Source of the DNA: a virus
DNA length: 64,000 bases
Reading direction: 5' to 3' (one strand)
Virus record (IMG/VR): IMGVR_UViG_3300025759_000073
Location: 21,076 to 85,075 of that record
Below, piece by piece: positions 35,098-47,900 of this stretch. The notes beneath the pieces are model-generated. The model was not told the DNA's origin, did not search any database, and saw only the letters and a program-made list of their open reading frames with translations. Within the stretch, counting starts at the first letter, position 1; the number at the start of each line of letters is the position of its first letter. The position numbers and the translations under genes are program-made.

Positions 35098-38000
35098 TTA
35101 TTCTTCTTTTCGTTTAAAGAAGTCACTATCTTCTAGGATTGGTGTTGATTGTCCTAACTCTTGTGTTGGTCTTTCGCTTTCTGGTAGGGTTGCCATATTT
35201 GTCCTGTCTTCTTCGCTTATAACGCCATAGCCTGCCACGTCTGATGCGGTAACTACATCTCCAACATATTTTTTTGTAAAATCAAAGTTAATATCTACTT
35301 TTTTGCCGGACGATTTTGATGTAATCCTAACTTTAAACTTTTTACCCCAAGCGTTATCCACTCCTGAACCCAAAGGCGCAACACCTCCAAGCCCCAATCC
35401 ATATGCTGATTTAAAATTATCAGTTATATCTGTATCTATAATTGTGTTTTCAAAACTTGGTTTGATTTCCAAGTATTTTCTGAACGATTGTGTATATTGA
35501 TAATAATCTTTATCTTCCAATTGAATTACTTTGAACTCTGGGAATATAAACCCAGCCTGATCGTTAACAACAACTTCATAAACCGGCGATGGGTTTGAAA
35601 GGTTGTCGTGGACATCCATCGATCTAAAAGTGTAATAATACTTTTTATTTGGCAGCAAGCGGTCTCTATAGGTTGCTCCGGCATATTTTCCTTGAAGGTC
35701 GATCTCTCTTCTTATTTGTTGATCAAAGTCTTTGTACGACTTTGGCCTCTCTTCCAATCGGAATATTTGAAACTTTCTATTTTCATCGTCTGTTTTGAAA
35801 AGCAACCTTCCGTTCCGATCAGTTCCCTTGCTTTTGATCAGATTATTAAAATAATCTTCTTCAATGTCGTTAAAAGGAATTGGCTTTTCATACATTCTTG
35901 TAGTTTGCGTTTTCAAACTAATAAAGATTTGATTGTTCTTGCCTTTCACGCCGGAAAAATGAACTTCCGGATAGATTGGAGGATTTTCCAAAACTTTCCC
36001 TTCGATAGAGAATAGCGGCACCTCCATAAGAACAATATAATCAGATGTACTAATTTTTATCTTATCAAAATCCGTTGTGAATAAATTTCTTCCCTGTGCT
36101 ATTTCAAAGTTTCTTATTGCGGTATTGAAATATTCATTTGTAGTTGCTGTGATTTCTTTTCGCAAATCAGATGTAGTTGTGAGCCCCTCTGTTATAAGAA
36201 GACCGGTTGTAAACAAAAGAACAAAATTAACCATAGCGTCTCTATAGCCCGCAATTGGGAAGCCCAATTGTTGCTGCGCCTGTGGGTTGGAAAAGATACT
36301 TTTTGTTGTCCCCCCTCCAGAGTTAATATAGAAATCATAAACGACCGTGTCAATTTGCTTAAACAACTGATCATAATAGCCGCGCCTACCACTGGCGGAA
36401 GTAAATCCTGTAAAATACTTCTGAAAGTCAAGCTGTGCATTTTGTAAATTTCTAAAAAGATTTTGGAAATCTAAAAGTATTGCCAAGATAGTGAGATTGA
36501 ATGCTTGTTTCTGTCCTGAACTTTTATAGTTTGAGGTATTTGTTTTTTCCCATTGCCTAATGTATGTCAAAATACGATTTTCAAAAGTGTCTAAACCTTT
36601 TCCAAGATTTGCGGCTAGTTTAATTTTGGGGCTGTTTATAAAAAATTCCGTTCTCAAATCTCTCATCAAGTTCATGAACGTCTTCCATCTAAAAGCATTT
36701 TTATCGTCTGCATAAAACGGAGAGTAATAATATTTCTTTGCTAATACAAGAGGATAAGCGCTAATCTCGTACTCGTATTGCTTATCATACTTAACTTGTG
36801 CATCAAAAAAGTTCAACAATTTTCTTCTTGTTTTGCTTTCTTCTGCCGGTGATGGTAATATAAATGTTTGAAGTTGATTACCATTTCGATCTTTTTTAAC
36901 GATCTTGTAAAACAAAATTTCGTGAGGGGTCTCACTTGAATCAATAAAACACTGCTTTGCTGTTAAACTATTTTTATTGACCAAATTTTTGAAACCTATA
37001 TTAGCTGCCTCCAGCATAAGGTCTTGAAAAAACTTATAAGTTGTATTATTTTGATATTTTTGTATTGCTTCGCTGGATTCTCCCAGAACGGTCACATTTT
37101 TATTGTTGGCTATGTTTAAAATATTTTTAAGAACTGTTTGTGATTGCTTTTTATAATCTAAAAAGAAATCTGTCAGATCCCAAGTCTTATAGCCCACCTT
37201 GTCTAGAGAAAAATCCAAAGGCAATTTTGCTTTCCCTACATTTCCAAACTCAACAAAAGAAAGTTGAGAAATGTATTCAAGACTATCAAACTTTGATATA
37301 CTGCTAGCGGTCAAGTTATTGACACTTTCTTGTGTTAATTGCCCACCTACTCGCTGTGTAGTGTTTCCTTCTGACCGGATCACCAAGTCATACAAATTTA
37401 AATCAGTATTTGTTTTTTTGAAAAGGTTTTTGAAGTCATCCAGATCATCTTCTTTCCCAGTAAGAGTTGGGGGCTCGTATGGAAACTCCAAATAAAAACC
37501 AAAGTTTGCACCACCTCTATATTGTTCTGCTAATTGATTATATTCAATAACATCATCTTGGGTTACAACATAGTTTTTTGCTTTATTCTTTGTAGTTTGT
37601 GGCGCATTTTTAAAGTAATCTTCTTTTGCCGGAAGATAGCCATTTTGATATTCTTGAAAACTAAAATTAATAGTATTCATTCTATTTTTTAGCTTTACCT
37701 CATCTCCGCCATACGACATAAGTTCCAAATATTCTTTATCAAAGTTTTTAACATCTTGATCTGTCAAACTTTCCTTCAAGAAAGAAAACATATGTGCATT
37801 TGGGATAATCCACTCTTCTTGATTTGTTCTTTCGATTAGTTTTTCATAATCTCTCAAATAAAAGTTGTAAACAAATTCAGATTGAAAAGTAGAAATCCTA
37901 GGATCATTATCAACAAATCCGGATTGATGATCTGGCCTTCCAGAGGAGACTTGGTTTTGCCTTACTTCCTCTTGAGAGAAAGGTATGTCTAAGACAAAGT

Positions 38001-38424
38001 TCAAATAAACAAATTCTTTTCCTTTAACGTACTTTTCAAAATCTGATAATGCTTTCGTCTCTTTACTTGAAGGTACGTCAAAAGAAATGGTATCTTTATT
38101 GACTTCTGTCGTGCTAGACTTAACTTGCCCACTAGCGACATCTTTGATCAGAGAGCTAACATCTCCTGTCTGGGAAGTTATGAAGCTATCAAAACCATAG
38201 CCGTCCACCGAAGAGCGAAAGATATCAACACTACTGCCCAAAGAACCAAAATAAATGTCTTTGGAAATAATTCTCAAATGTTTTGAACGAAGGTTCTTGC
38301 CTTTTATAATATTCGGTTGTGATTTAACCGGTGTAAATGGCAAGCCAGTGCTCGGGCCGGTTGGCTTACTCTTTTTAGCAGCAGACTCTTCTTGGCAAAT
38401 ATTAGTAATTTTTGTATTAGCCAT
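35098..38424 (-). CDS. Large hypothetical (probably virion) protein with FN3-like segments
   Basis: 1108 aa; FFDAQVKYDKQYEYEI and DRLLPNKKYYYTFRSMD.H.NLSNPS.VY are FN3-like motifs. Confidence 0.6.
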   Translation of the reverse strand: MANTKITNICQEESAAKKSKPTGPSTGLPFTPVKSQPNIIKGKNLRSKHLRIISKDIYFGSLGSSVDIFRSSVDGYGFDSFITSQTGDVSSLIKDVASGQVKSSTTEVNKDTISFDVPSSKETKALSDFEKYVKGKEFVYLNFVLDIPFSQEEVRQNQVSSGRPDHQSGFVDNDPRISTFQSEFVYNFYLRDYEKLIERTNQEEWIIPNAHMFSFLKESLTDQDVKNFDKEYLELMSYGGDEVKLKNRMNTINFSFQEYQNGYLPAKEDYFKNAPQTTKNKAKNYVVTQDDVIEYNQLAEQYRGGANFGFYLEFPYEPPTLTGKEDDLDDFKNLFKKTNTDLNLYDLVIRSEGNTTQRVGGQLTQESVNNLTASSISKFDSLEYISQLSFVEFGNVGKAKLPLDFSLDKVGYKTWDLTDFFLDYKKQSQTVLKNILNIANNKNVTVLGESSEAIQKYQNNTTYKFFQDLMLEAANIGFKNLVNKNSLTAKQCFIDSSETPHEILFYKIVKKDRNGNQLQTFILPSPAEESKTRRKLLNFFDAQVKYDKQYEYEISAYPLVLAKKYYYSPFYADDKNAFRWKTFMNLMRDLRTEFFINSPKIKLAANLGKGLDTFENRILTYIRQWEKTNTSNYKSSGQKQAFNLTILAILLDFQNLFRNLQNAQLDFQKYFTGFTSASGRRGYYDQLFKQIDTVVYDFYINSGGGTTKSIFSNPQAQQQLGFPIAGYRDAMVNFVLLFTTGLLITEGLTTTSDLRKEITATTNEYFNTAIRNFEIAQGRNLFTTDFDKIKISTSDYIVLMEVPLFSIEGKVLENPPIYPEVHFSGVKGKNNQIFISLKTQTTRMYEKPIPFNDIEEDYFNNLIKSKGTDRNGRLLFKTDDENRKFQIFRLEERPKSYKDFDQQIRREIDLQGKYAGATYRDRLLPNKKYYYTFRSMDVHDNLSNPSPVYEVVVNDQAGFIFPEFKVIQLEDKDYYQYTQSFRKYLEIKPSFENTIIDTDITDNFKSAYGLGLGGVAPLGSGVDNAWGKKFKVRITSKSSGKKVDINFDFTKKYVGDVVTASDVAGYGVISEEDRTNMATLPESERPTQELGQSTPILEDSDFFKRKEE

Positions 38425-38426
38425 TT

Positions 38427-40919
38427 TTATTCTCTAGACCTCTCTTCTCTAATGAAGTATTCATTATAAATAGCAAATTGAGAATCTTTTTGAACTGGCT
38501 TGGCTCTAAATAAATAAGTCTTTCCTTCTTCCAAAGGCTCACTGTATTCTAGGAATATAGGCGATCTCATAATATTTTCTTTGTTTGGGTTCTTTTGATA
38601 TCCTGAAAGGTATTCCAGCCGGACTGTGGCGGTCGGAACTTCTGCGTCAACCTTGGAAAGCGCATCGTTAAAGGCAGCATTCTCAAAAGACATTCCTAAA
38701 TTATCAGAGAAAATAAACTTTTTATCACCTTCATCTAGTCTTTCTAACTGTTTTAGTTTTTTATCTGGCTGTTCACCGGTGGTTGCCGATGGAATAAAGT
38801 TGTAAACAATGCCTTGAGGAAAAGTCAATACTTCTTCTTTTTCTATTGTCTCTTGTTCGCCAGAGAAAAGAACTTCTTCATTATATTCAAACGCTTCATT
38901 ATAGCTAGCAGGAACAAAAATGTTTTTAAATACAAATTTAATTGGTTCTAACCTAACTTGTCTAGTTTTGTTTTGGTTTGATTGGTTTTTCACATTTTTA
39001 GTTTCTAAATCTTTTGCGTTTGTCAACTGCTGCAAAGAAACAACAAAATCTTCAATATTCTTTTGAAGATTTTTAAACTGCTCAACATCTGTATTGCTCA
39101 GATTGTAGCTTTGCATAAACTCTTCCCTAGTATAAGAAAGATTTGGGCTGTAAGTGACTTCTTCAAAAGAGAACATTTGTATTTCGCCGGCTGAAATAAC
39201 ATCTGTAAAAAGAGTTATGGGCGTGGTATAGCTTAAAACAACATCTTCACCGGTGAATTGGTCTTCTTCTTTTTTGAAGATCTCTTCTTTTACTCTTTTT
39301 CTTTTCAAAGTAAGAGCGCCAATTGCAAAATCAGCTAAAAAGTTGGTAGTTAAAGCATCGTAAACTTCATTTGCGACTTGATCAATGTCCTTTTGCATGC
39401 CATTTCCGCCAGTTTCAGCGAAACTTCTAGAAAACTCTCTTGTTACTTTATCGTAATTTTCTTCTTTTTTGGCCTCTTCGAATGCGTTATTCAACAACCT
39501 TTGAGAGTCTGTCAGTCTTTTGATCAAAGTTTCCACATTCTGCTTGAATGTTTCTGAAATTTTGACTTCCAATGAGTATTGATGGCGACCAGAGACCACT
39601 GTCGCGGCTCCTCTGTCGTATATTTCAAATGTTTTTACTGTATCCCCTGTTAACCCTTTTTGAACAAAATCTAAAAGGCTTTCTGGAAGTTCTGAATGTT
39701 GTTTAATAAGCTCAAACAGATCCAAAGAAAACAAAACCTTTACATCTCCGCTCTTTTCCTTTGATAAATAAATATCAGAATTTGGAGTTGGGATTTGAAC
39801 TGTTTGTATCTTCTTATTCAAGCCAATATCCAACTTTTTATCTACTGTTTTTAAATTACTTACAACCGGCTTCAACAGATCATCAGAGAGATCTTGCTTT
39901 GAGAACAAAACATCCATAAAGAAAAGCTGTCTGGGTATAAACGTGAAGTCTGCCCTCAGATTATCCGCTGCATAATATTTCTGATTTTCAAAGAAAAAGG
40001 AAAACGCACCGTTCCAAAACTCTTGGGAGCCTTTATCAAAGTAGTAAGCTCTAATTCTCTTATAAGAAACAACTTCGGAATTAGATGTTTTCTCAATCTT
40101 TATTGCGTCCCACAGCCCATTGTTCTGATTATTCAACATATCTAATACTTGATTTTTCGTATTGTTCAAAAAATCTCTGGAAAAGTCAGGCTGACTGAAA
40201 AAAGTGCGAACTACGACATAATGCTCGTATTGGCCTGTTAAAAACTTCTCTGGTATTTCAATCTGCGCTTCAAAGAAATACTTATTTTCTAATTTATTGC
40301 TTTTATTTTCAAGATCAGTTATGCTTAAAAATGATTTCTTCTCTCTTTTAAAGTCAATTTGATTTGTATAGCCGACATAATCATCAAAAAGAGAAGTTCT
40401 TGTAATGCTTTCATTCTCTATTTCGTCTGTGTTCGGCACCAAATAAGCCTTGAATTTAAAATATTCTAGAAAATCTTCCCAAAACCACTCATCTGACAAG
40501 AAATCTCCAGAAACTTTAACTTTGATTGACAAAACTTTGTTCAAAAGAGGACCACGGTCATTCAACTTAAGATCAATAATCTCTGGCATAGGGAAAGAAG
40601 CGTGAATAGTCTTCAAAAAAGGGTGTATGTCTCCGCCACCACTTAAAGAATTCAGAGCATTGGATAAGGCTGTTGGGTCTACAGTGGGCGCAACAGAGAC
40701 AGTTTGCACTCCAGTTCCGTCTTCGGGCTGCTGCGAGGTTACAGACAAGGCAGACTGCAAATCTGTTGGTGCCCCTGCCGCTTGGCTCAGAATGTCGCCC
40801 GGATCTGGGAGTGGACTTTCTCCAAGCCCCGGCTCGGTCACTAATTGATTGCCGGCTTGGTTTCCCATTCCCGGATCAGCTAACCCCCCTATGAAATCAT
40901 CATAGCCAAAATCTGACAT
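38427..40919 (-). CDS. Large hypothetical protein in the baseplate block
   Basis: 830-aa ORF with TAATG coupling and a low-complexity N-terminus. Confidence 0.65.
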   Translation of the reverse strand: MSDFGYDDFIGGLADPGMGNQAGNQLVTEPGLGESPLPDPGDILSQAAGAPTDLQSALSVTSQQPEDGTGVQTVSVAPTVDPTALSNALNSLSGGGDIHPFLKTIHASFPMPEIIDLKLNDRGPLLNKVLSIKVKVSGDFLSDEWFWEDFLEYFKFKAYLVPNTDEIENESITRTSLFDDYVGYTNQIDFKREKKSFLSITDLENKSNKLENKYFFEAQIEIPEKFLTGQYEHYVVVRTFFSQPDFSRDFLNNTKNQVLDMLNNQNNGLWDAIKIEKTSNSEVVSYKRIRAYYFDKGSQEFWNGAFSFFFENQKYYAADNLRADFTFIPRQLFFMDVLFSKQDLSDDLLKPVVSNLKTVDKKLDIGLNKKIQTVQIPTPNSDIYLSKEKSGDVKVLFSLDLFELIKQHSELPESLLDFVQKGLTGDTVKTFEIYDRGAATVVSGRHQYSLEVKISETFKQNVETLIKRLTDSQRLLNNAFEEAKKEENYDKVTREFSRSFAETGGNGMQKDIDQVANEVYDALTTNFLADFAIGALTLKRKRVKEEIFKKEEDQFTGEDVVLSYTTPITLFTDVISAGEIQMFSFEEVTYSPNLSYTREEFMQSYNLSNTDVEQFKNLQKNIEDFVVSLQQLTNAKDLETKNVKNQSNQNKTRQVRLEPIKFVFKNIFVPASYNEAFEYNEEVLFSGEQETIEKEEVLTFPQGIVYNFIPSATTGEQPDKKLKQLERLDEGDKKFIFSDNLGMSFENAAFNDALSKVDAEVPTATVRLEYLSGYQKNPNKENIMRSPIFLEYSEPLEEGKTYLFRAKPVQKDSQFAIYNEYFIREERSRE

Positions 40920-41971
40920 TATTCACACTCCTCGTCCAACGTTGAAATAAACAAATCAATCCCACCTTCGCTTAAATTATTGTCATAAACAGATGTGGCT
41001 CTCTGCTCTGCCAACACTTCGTCACAATTGATTGGATTTTTAAAGAAAAGAGTTGTGTCGTCTTTTTCTTCGTTTCTACAAACTAAAACCTGATCAACGT
41101 CCGCATCGTATGATATATCTAAATAATAAGATACAAATCCATTGTTAACTTTGTCCAGTGAATCTAAAATTTCCGTATCAGGTTCGACCAAAAGATTATT
41201 TTGAATTTGTTTTTCTTCTTTCAAAAACTTCAATGGTACTAAAAATTCAGTATTCGTCGCAGATACAGGAGTTTCTTTTAAATCAACAACCTCAAACACT
41301 TCAATTTCAAAGTTATCTTTCAAAGAAAGTGTGTTTTTCTCCTCCACCTTTAATAAGATCTTGCCTTCTTTGATTTCCAAAGTTGTTCCATCTCCAAAAA
41401 CAACTTCTGAATTGAAAAAAGCACTTTCTTCTCTTTCACAAGGCTCTAGATCATTGAATTGATCAACGTTTTCAGAGCTTGGTCGCACTTCGTATTGAAT
41501 ACTTTCTTGATCGATATTAATTTGCGGGATTGGAATATCTCTGCTCTCCGCCGATGCTGTTAAAAAGTTATTAGAACCTGTGATCTCTGCTGAGAAGCAA
41601 GAAATAGCCCAAGCAGGGGCGTTGTTATTTGTATTCCTAGAAGCTCCAAGTTGGTTTTCAAACGTTGAGTTAAAATCCATAAGCGGCAAAACATTCTTTT
41701 CAAACTCATCTGGAATAAGAATGGGATTTTTTGCAAAACGATCTGCTTGTTCATAATCGTCAACATCTTTCATAAAGATTGTTTCGTTTTTAACACGATA
41801 TTGAACATCGTTTTGAACTTCTGTTAAGCCACCTTTTGCGCCATCATACATAATTCCATCATCAAAAAAAGCATAATAAGCCGGCTTCATCATTCCCTTG
41901 GAAAGCAATTGGCGACCATAGGAAGTTAATTGAATTTCCATAACTTCTTCTTTTTTATCAAAAAATTCCAT
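40919..41971 (-). CDS. Tail/baseplate structural protein (N-terminus paralogous to 34130-35056)
   Basis: EIQLTSYGRQLLSKG..KPAYYAFFDDGIMYD. Confidence 0.65.
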   Translation of the reverse strand: MEFFDKKEEVMEIQLTSYGRQLLSKGMMKPAYYAFFDDGIMYDGAKGGLTEVQNDVQYRVKNETIFMKDVDDYEQADRFAKNPILIPDEFEKNVLPLMDFNSTFENQLGASRNTNNNAPAWAISCFSAEITGSNNFLTASAESRDIPIPQINIDQESIQYEVRPSSENVDQFNDLEPCEREESAFFNSEVVFGDGTTLEIKEGKILLKVEEKNTLSLKDNFEIEVFEVVDLKETPVSATNTEFLVPLKFLKEEKQIQNNLLVEPDTEILDSLDKVNNGFVSYYLDISYDADVDQVLVCRNEEKDDTTLFFKNPINCDEVLAEQRATSVYDNNLSEGGIDLFISTLDEECE

Positions 41972-44900
41972 TATTCTTCACCTTCCAAAATCTTTCCAAG
42001 CTTGATACCCGCTTCTTCTGCTGTATCTTTTGGCACAATTTTAAGAGTTGCTTCCACCTTTGCCATCTCAACAATGGAGCAGTAGTCGTATGGCCAGTTA
42101 TAACCATAGTCATCAATTGCCGTCTCTCTCAAGTTAACTACATCTAAATAATCTTTTCTTGCTTTTTGTTTAACTTTAAAGATCAGCCAACGAACATCTG
42201 ATGGAATCTCTTTTCCGTGGAAGAATTCATCTTTTCCAGTCATATGCTTGATTGTAACTTCGTCAAACTCTTCATTTCCGGTCAAGGACGCGTCTGGCAT
42301 AACACCTTGCCACATGTAGGCTAGGTCTTGCTGATCAAACTCTACATCGAATTCAAAAAGATACATAACAAAAGGATTGATATCCCTATACTTAACAAAG
42401 TTATAGTTAGGCGGGATAACATAGTTTTGCATTCTTCTGTACATTCTTGTCAACGTAGTGTCTTTATTGTCTTTTATCTGCTGCTCCAAGATCTCACGGT
42501 CAACAGAGAAGAAGTTTTGTTTTTCAATAACAGTCAAATCCGCTTCTTCTTGTGAAATATTCTCCCTCTCCAAGAAAGGAATGGCAACAATTGCTTCTTT
42601 AATAACAGTTTTTTCTGCGATTGCTCCAATTCTTTTCTTTTCTGGTTTAAAGCCCAACTGATCCGCCAAAGAGCCGGTATTGTTCGTTGTAAAGTAAGAG
42701 CCGGAAAAACTTGGCAAGACCGAAAGGAAAATGCCTTCTTTTTCATTGGTTGGCAATTCACCCAAGCCACTCCACATCCCGCGAGAATGGAAAACAACCG
42801 CCTCCTGTTCGTAAAAGTTCAAGACAGGGCATTCGTATTTAGTAGAAATTCTCCAAGATGCCTTGTTTGTATTCAAAGGCTCACCAAGCTCAATTGATAC
42901 ATCTGCTTGTGGTTGAAATACGTTATTAATATTCAACAGGTTGTCCGTTAAAACATTTGTCGTCTCAATTGACAAATTTGAAGTTGAAGAAAGTTCTTTT
43001 TGCCGAACAACTGACTGTAAATCTCTTGTCACAACCTTGATATCCGGCTGTGTTATTTTACCCAACAAGTTGACGCTCGAAGAGAGGGACATTTGGTAAG
43101 CAATTGCCGCACCATTATAAGTTGCAGTTCCTTGAATTGGATCTCCATCCAACCCTTCGTTGAAATAGGTGATACTAGAACTTTTTTGAACTTCTTCTAG
43201 TGTATATCTTCTAGTTTCTGTCGGCGTAAATTCAACCCTAGCCACACTTTTTCCATAAAAATAAGGCGGAGTGTAAGGCGCATAGGATGGATCAGAAGCT
43301 ATGTAGGAAGCGGAAATATTCAACCCGGCATCGCCACCTGCATACCACTCGCCATCAGCGCGATCAACGCCGAAAGGAGGACCGAATGTTCTTCCTTTTC
43401 TTCCGGGATCTGTAAAGATTGTCTGTAATAGGTTAGAACCTGTTCCTTCGTTTTCAACCCAAACCTCGTCAAACATAACATGGTTGGAAGTTTGCTGCAA
43501 AGCGATATCCATATAATAAGTTTTGCCGGCTTCAAACAGTTTAAAGTTTTCTTCAACATCGGACACAAAAGAAGTAAAACTTTTTTCTTTCAAAAAGAAG
43601 TTGGCAGACTCTGCCAAGTAATTGTTCATTGCCTTTTCATAAAGATTAGAAGCCCTTACTCCATCCCATCTAAAAGTCACAAAAGGTCTAGATTGACCTC
43701 CTTCCTCTAGAGCACCGGTGACAAAACTGGGGCATAAATAAGGAATGTCCAAATTAGTTGGAAACTTGTTCAGATCTGTCAACGCTTCAAATGGAACTCG
43801 GATTGGATCGCCCATTCCAGTAATCACGTTTGAAGAAGATGGAAAGTGATCAAAATTTCCTTTTATATTGTTAGTATATGTATCTGTTGCCCACCCTTGT
43901 TCACTTTCCAAGAGAAAATCAACAGCAATACCGGACTTGATAGTGTTAAAGAAAATGCCGGGGGCGAAGAGAGGTTGTAGTGCCGCTTGAAGCATCGCCG
44001 GCCTCATATTAGCATTGATCTGTTCTTGATTATACAATGACGTTCCGTATAATTCACCGTCTGTAGTGCTGGTCTTGAATATCCCCTTTGCTGAGTTTTG
44101 GTTTGCCTCGACCGCGCCATGTTCTGTGTTGGTATATGCGGTTAAGCTTGGCCCAACTGATTGAGAAAACAGTGTTCCAAGTTGCACCGAACGGTTCATT
44201 GGATAAAAACCTTGCTTTGGAAGAAATTTTTTCACACCCTTACATGTGAGAGTTACTTCGCCTGTTTTTCCTATCTTATCGTGGTCTTCTTTGACCACTT
44301 TAAAGCCTTGTAGGAATTCAGTATTAACATAATCTTTATAAAAATCTGCGTTGTAATTCGAAATTTCAGTTTCAGCACTTGAAGTAGTATTGATTGCGCC
44401 TTTTAAATCCAAAAACTTTTTATTTGTTGCTCTAAAGTTTGCACCTTTTTGATCAACATAATAAGACATGTGCTCTGAAATATTAAACTCTGGTATGATA
44501 GCATAATCATCTGTAAGAAACTTAATGCTTTCATTATACTCTGCAAAGGAAGCGAAGAAAGGCTCTCTCTCACTCAAAGCAGGCACCCTATATGTGTGTC
44601 CATGATAGGGAGTGATTTCCCTTAGTTGATAAACCGAGCCCGTTCCAACTGGTGATTTAACTTTATTAACATAAGATAAGGATGCAGTTGGCAAGTAGTG
44701 GTTGTAGATACCATCGGCAAACAAAGAAGAAGAAACAGATGCTGTAATTGTAATTCCAGCAATTGCTAGTTCATCTGCTCCAAATTGTGTGAGGTATTGT
44801 GCATTTTTCATTGCTCGCCCGGAACCAAAAATACCTTCGTTTTTAAAACCACGGTTGTTCAAAGGCGCAGCGTGTCCAATCTCTTTTGTTTGATAAAAAT

Positions 44901-47900
44901 AATTTTCTTTATATTTCACAGGAGTATAGAAAGCATAAAAAGAAGAGTTCAACTCTCCATCTTCTTTTGAATAAACAGTGTTGATATTAGGACCAGACGT
45001 GTCTGTCCAAGCGCCATCCTCACTAGAGCTAACCTCAACAGAGATATTGCCACCTCCATTGGGGGTGGTTAAATAAAGACCCAGCTTATGAGAGTCTGCC
45101 GGAGAAGAAGAGCTAATAACCAGATACCCAGCAAGAACGTGCTGCGAAACGATCGGGTGTTGGTTGATCGTGTTTGCTAAATATTGTAAACTTTGACCAT
45201 ATTCTGTGTGCCTAAACCAGCTATTGTAACCATCATTATCTGTTGCTGACGCTGTTAATTCGTATGCTGTTTCATTAATAGTGAAAGTTACTTTGTCACC
45301 AACATTGAATGTAGCCGACAGCCCACCCAACCCTGAAGTTCCAGCTTTTGCAGATGCTATGTAGAACTCTTCACCATCGAAGTTACGATCTTCTTCCGGC
45401 GTAACCGCATAATCTGATAATGGAAACACATTTTCAGAATAAATCGATTTATGACCCATTGAATTTTTAGCATCAGTGTAAACCGGTGTTTTTCGCACCT
45501 CAGCATCCAAGCGACCACCACGTTTTCTTACTTCTTGAACGCCCTCTTTCTGCCAAATTGTGTTCGCGGTTCCTAAAATGTCCAGTAATTGCTCACTAGT
45601 TGAATCATAATTTGGCTTATCTCTGTGAGAGTTCACGCCTTCAAACTTTTCTTTTGGCCAAACTCTTTCTGAATATTCAACAGAAGTCCATCCTTTGATT
45701 GGGTTTCCATCAATCTTTGCGTTATTAAGATAAAGTTGTTTTACTTTTTCATATCCAGTATCAACTTTCACATTGTCCAAGTTAAACTTCGCATTCAATT
45801 CGCGGTTAGAAAAGGAAGCCAATTTTCCGGCATATGAGCTTTGAACTTCAATAAATTCTTCTGCTTCAGTGTTCAAAACAAAAACGTGACGAATTGGTTT
45901 GTATTTCTTGATCACTAAGGGTTCGGTATAGTTTGTGAACGAATTAGCAATCAAGCCTTTTTCAACAATTCTTTGACCGTTGGAATCCTCCAGTTGCAAA
46001 ATCGGAAGGCTATCATCAACAGAGAGTGTGTTATTCTTCTTGTGTGTCCGGACAACCAAACTATCGCCATTTCTAGTTTGAAGCCAAGTATTGTAGCCAA
46101 ACTTTCCAATCGAACTAAAATAGTTGTTACTGGCAGAAGGAGTTTCCAAGACAACTGTGGATGTGTTTGTGCTGGAGTTGACCTCTGCTCCATAGATGTT
46201 TGTTGCCGAGCCGGGACTTGCAGCCCAAGAAAAGAAAGTTTCTGGCTTGAATGTGATCTCTTCCGAGCCAGTCTGGTTCAAAAGAAACTCTAAGTTTGAA
46301 GAGGAGTAGCTTTTTTCAATCCAATCATACTGCAAGTCGGATGCCGGGATTGGGTACTGGATAAACCCGTTGTCAAAGAAAGACTGCGTTACAAATCCGG
46401 CTGCTGATGTGACGTATTCTTTTCTTGGGTTGCGATAAACACCCAAGAAGTAAGAACCGTCTTCAGGGTTTGCCAAGATTGTTGGATCATCATCCGGTGC
46501 GCTGTAAATTTCATCCAAAGCTTTACGAACAATAGCATTTCTATAGTTCATATTGTTGTAGACAGAGTATTGACTTGTTTCAAAATCCAAATAACCCAAG
46601 GAAGTCACTTCATAACCGCCGGGAGCAGCAAACCTAGTTCTTATAAACTGGGGCTGTGATAATCTAGTTGGTAACGTATAATCAACAACTCCGGAAATCT
46701 GAATGGAGTCCGTTGTTGTAACAACAGAAGCAAAAGGATCTAAGAAATAATCATCATTCCCTTTGATTTCTGTGATCATTATCGAATGAAAACCGTCAGA
46801 AGCAACGCTTCCTTTTTGATCTTTCAGTAAAGTTCTAGGGACACCGATCGTATTCAACTGATCGGAGCCGGAAATATAAAGCCTTCTGTTTACATTGTTG
46901 GTATCTATGCTCGCAATGTTCTTCACAGTTCCGGAAAGGAAAAACGTTGATTGAGCCCCTACAGACGCAGACAAAAATGAACTAGCAGTCAGCGGATTGG
47001 CATTTTGCAAGTTCAACGCCTTGTTACCTTTTGTTGAAAAAGGATAAGAGTTTGGCGCAGCTTGTATTGTCGTCTCATAAACAGTCTGTGGCTTGATTAC
47101 AGGCAGTTTGTGTTGGAACTTGTTTCTTTCTAAAACGTGACTTTCAATAACATTCCAAACTGTGCTTGAAAACTCCGCAGTCGCAGGGATCAACTGCTCA
47201 ATCACCATTGCGATACTAGTATCGACCCACTTGTAGTAATCTAAAAATCTTTCAAAGTCAAGTTCGTTCTGGACTTTGTTGAAGAAATATTGCCTATATT
47301 TCTTCAATTGTTTGTATTCTGGCCTATATCTGTTCGCAGACTCACCAACCAAATTGTTGAAGTCTTTCAAAGTCGAGAAGTATTCTAAAATACGATCATC
47401 AACTGCTTTGTAAAAGCTTTTTTCGGCTGCAAAGTAATAATTGATGGGTCTTTTATCCAATGAAAACACATCATCGTCTTGCGACAAGATTGAAATCATC
47501 TCATTGGAAGATACCGTATCATAAGGTGCTAATTTGTAAGTTGCAACCTTCTCTTTTTTAACAACATCTGTAGAAGATGCTTCAAAGCCGAAGCCTTTTC
47601 CACTGTGATAATACTGATTTTCTGTATCTCCTTGAAAATTTCCTAGGTCATTTACAGTGAAGTTCCCGGAAGAGTCCGAACCTGTTACGGTCTCAAAATC
47701 CCATCGCAACATCAAAGTATCAATGTTTTTGACTTTCGTTGAGTAGTTTGAATCTAGGAGATAAGCGTCTCTTTCGCTGTTCGTTATTCCATAATTGTGA
47801 AGATCTCTCAAATGAGATTTCAAGTCATTATCAGAAAGGTAATTATACCAGAAATTAATGTTTGAAATCTTCGCAAAAGAGTATCCGTTTTGATAAACAG

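Noticed and set aside
4153-38472. T4 late-promoter TATAAATA on the plus strand (4153, 26212, 38465)
   Set aside because: It points away from all genes and is better explained by the minus-strand CTATTTAT motif.
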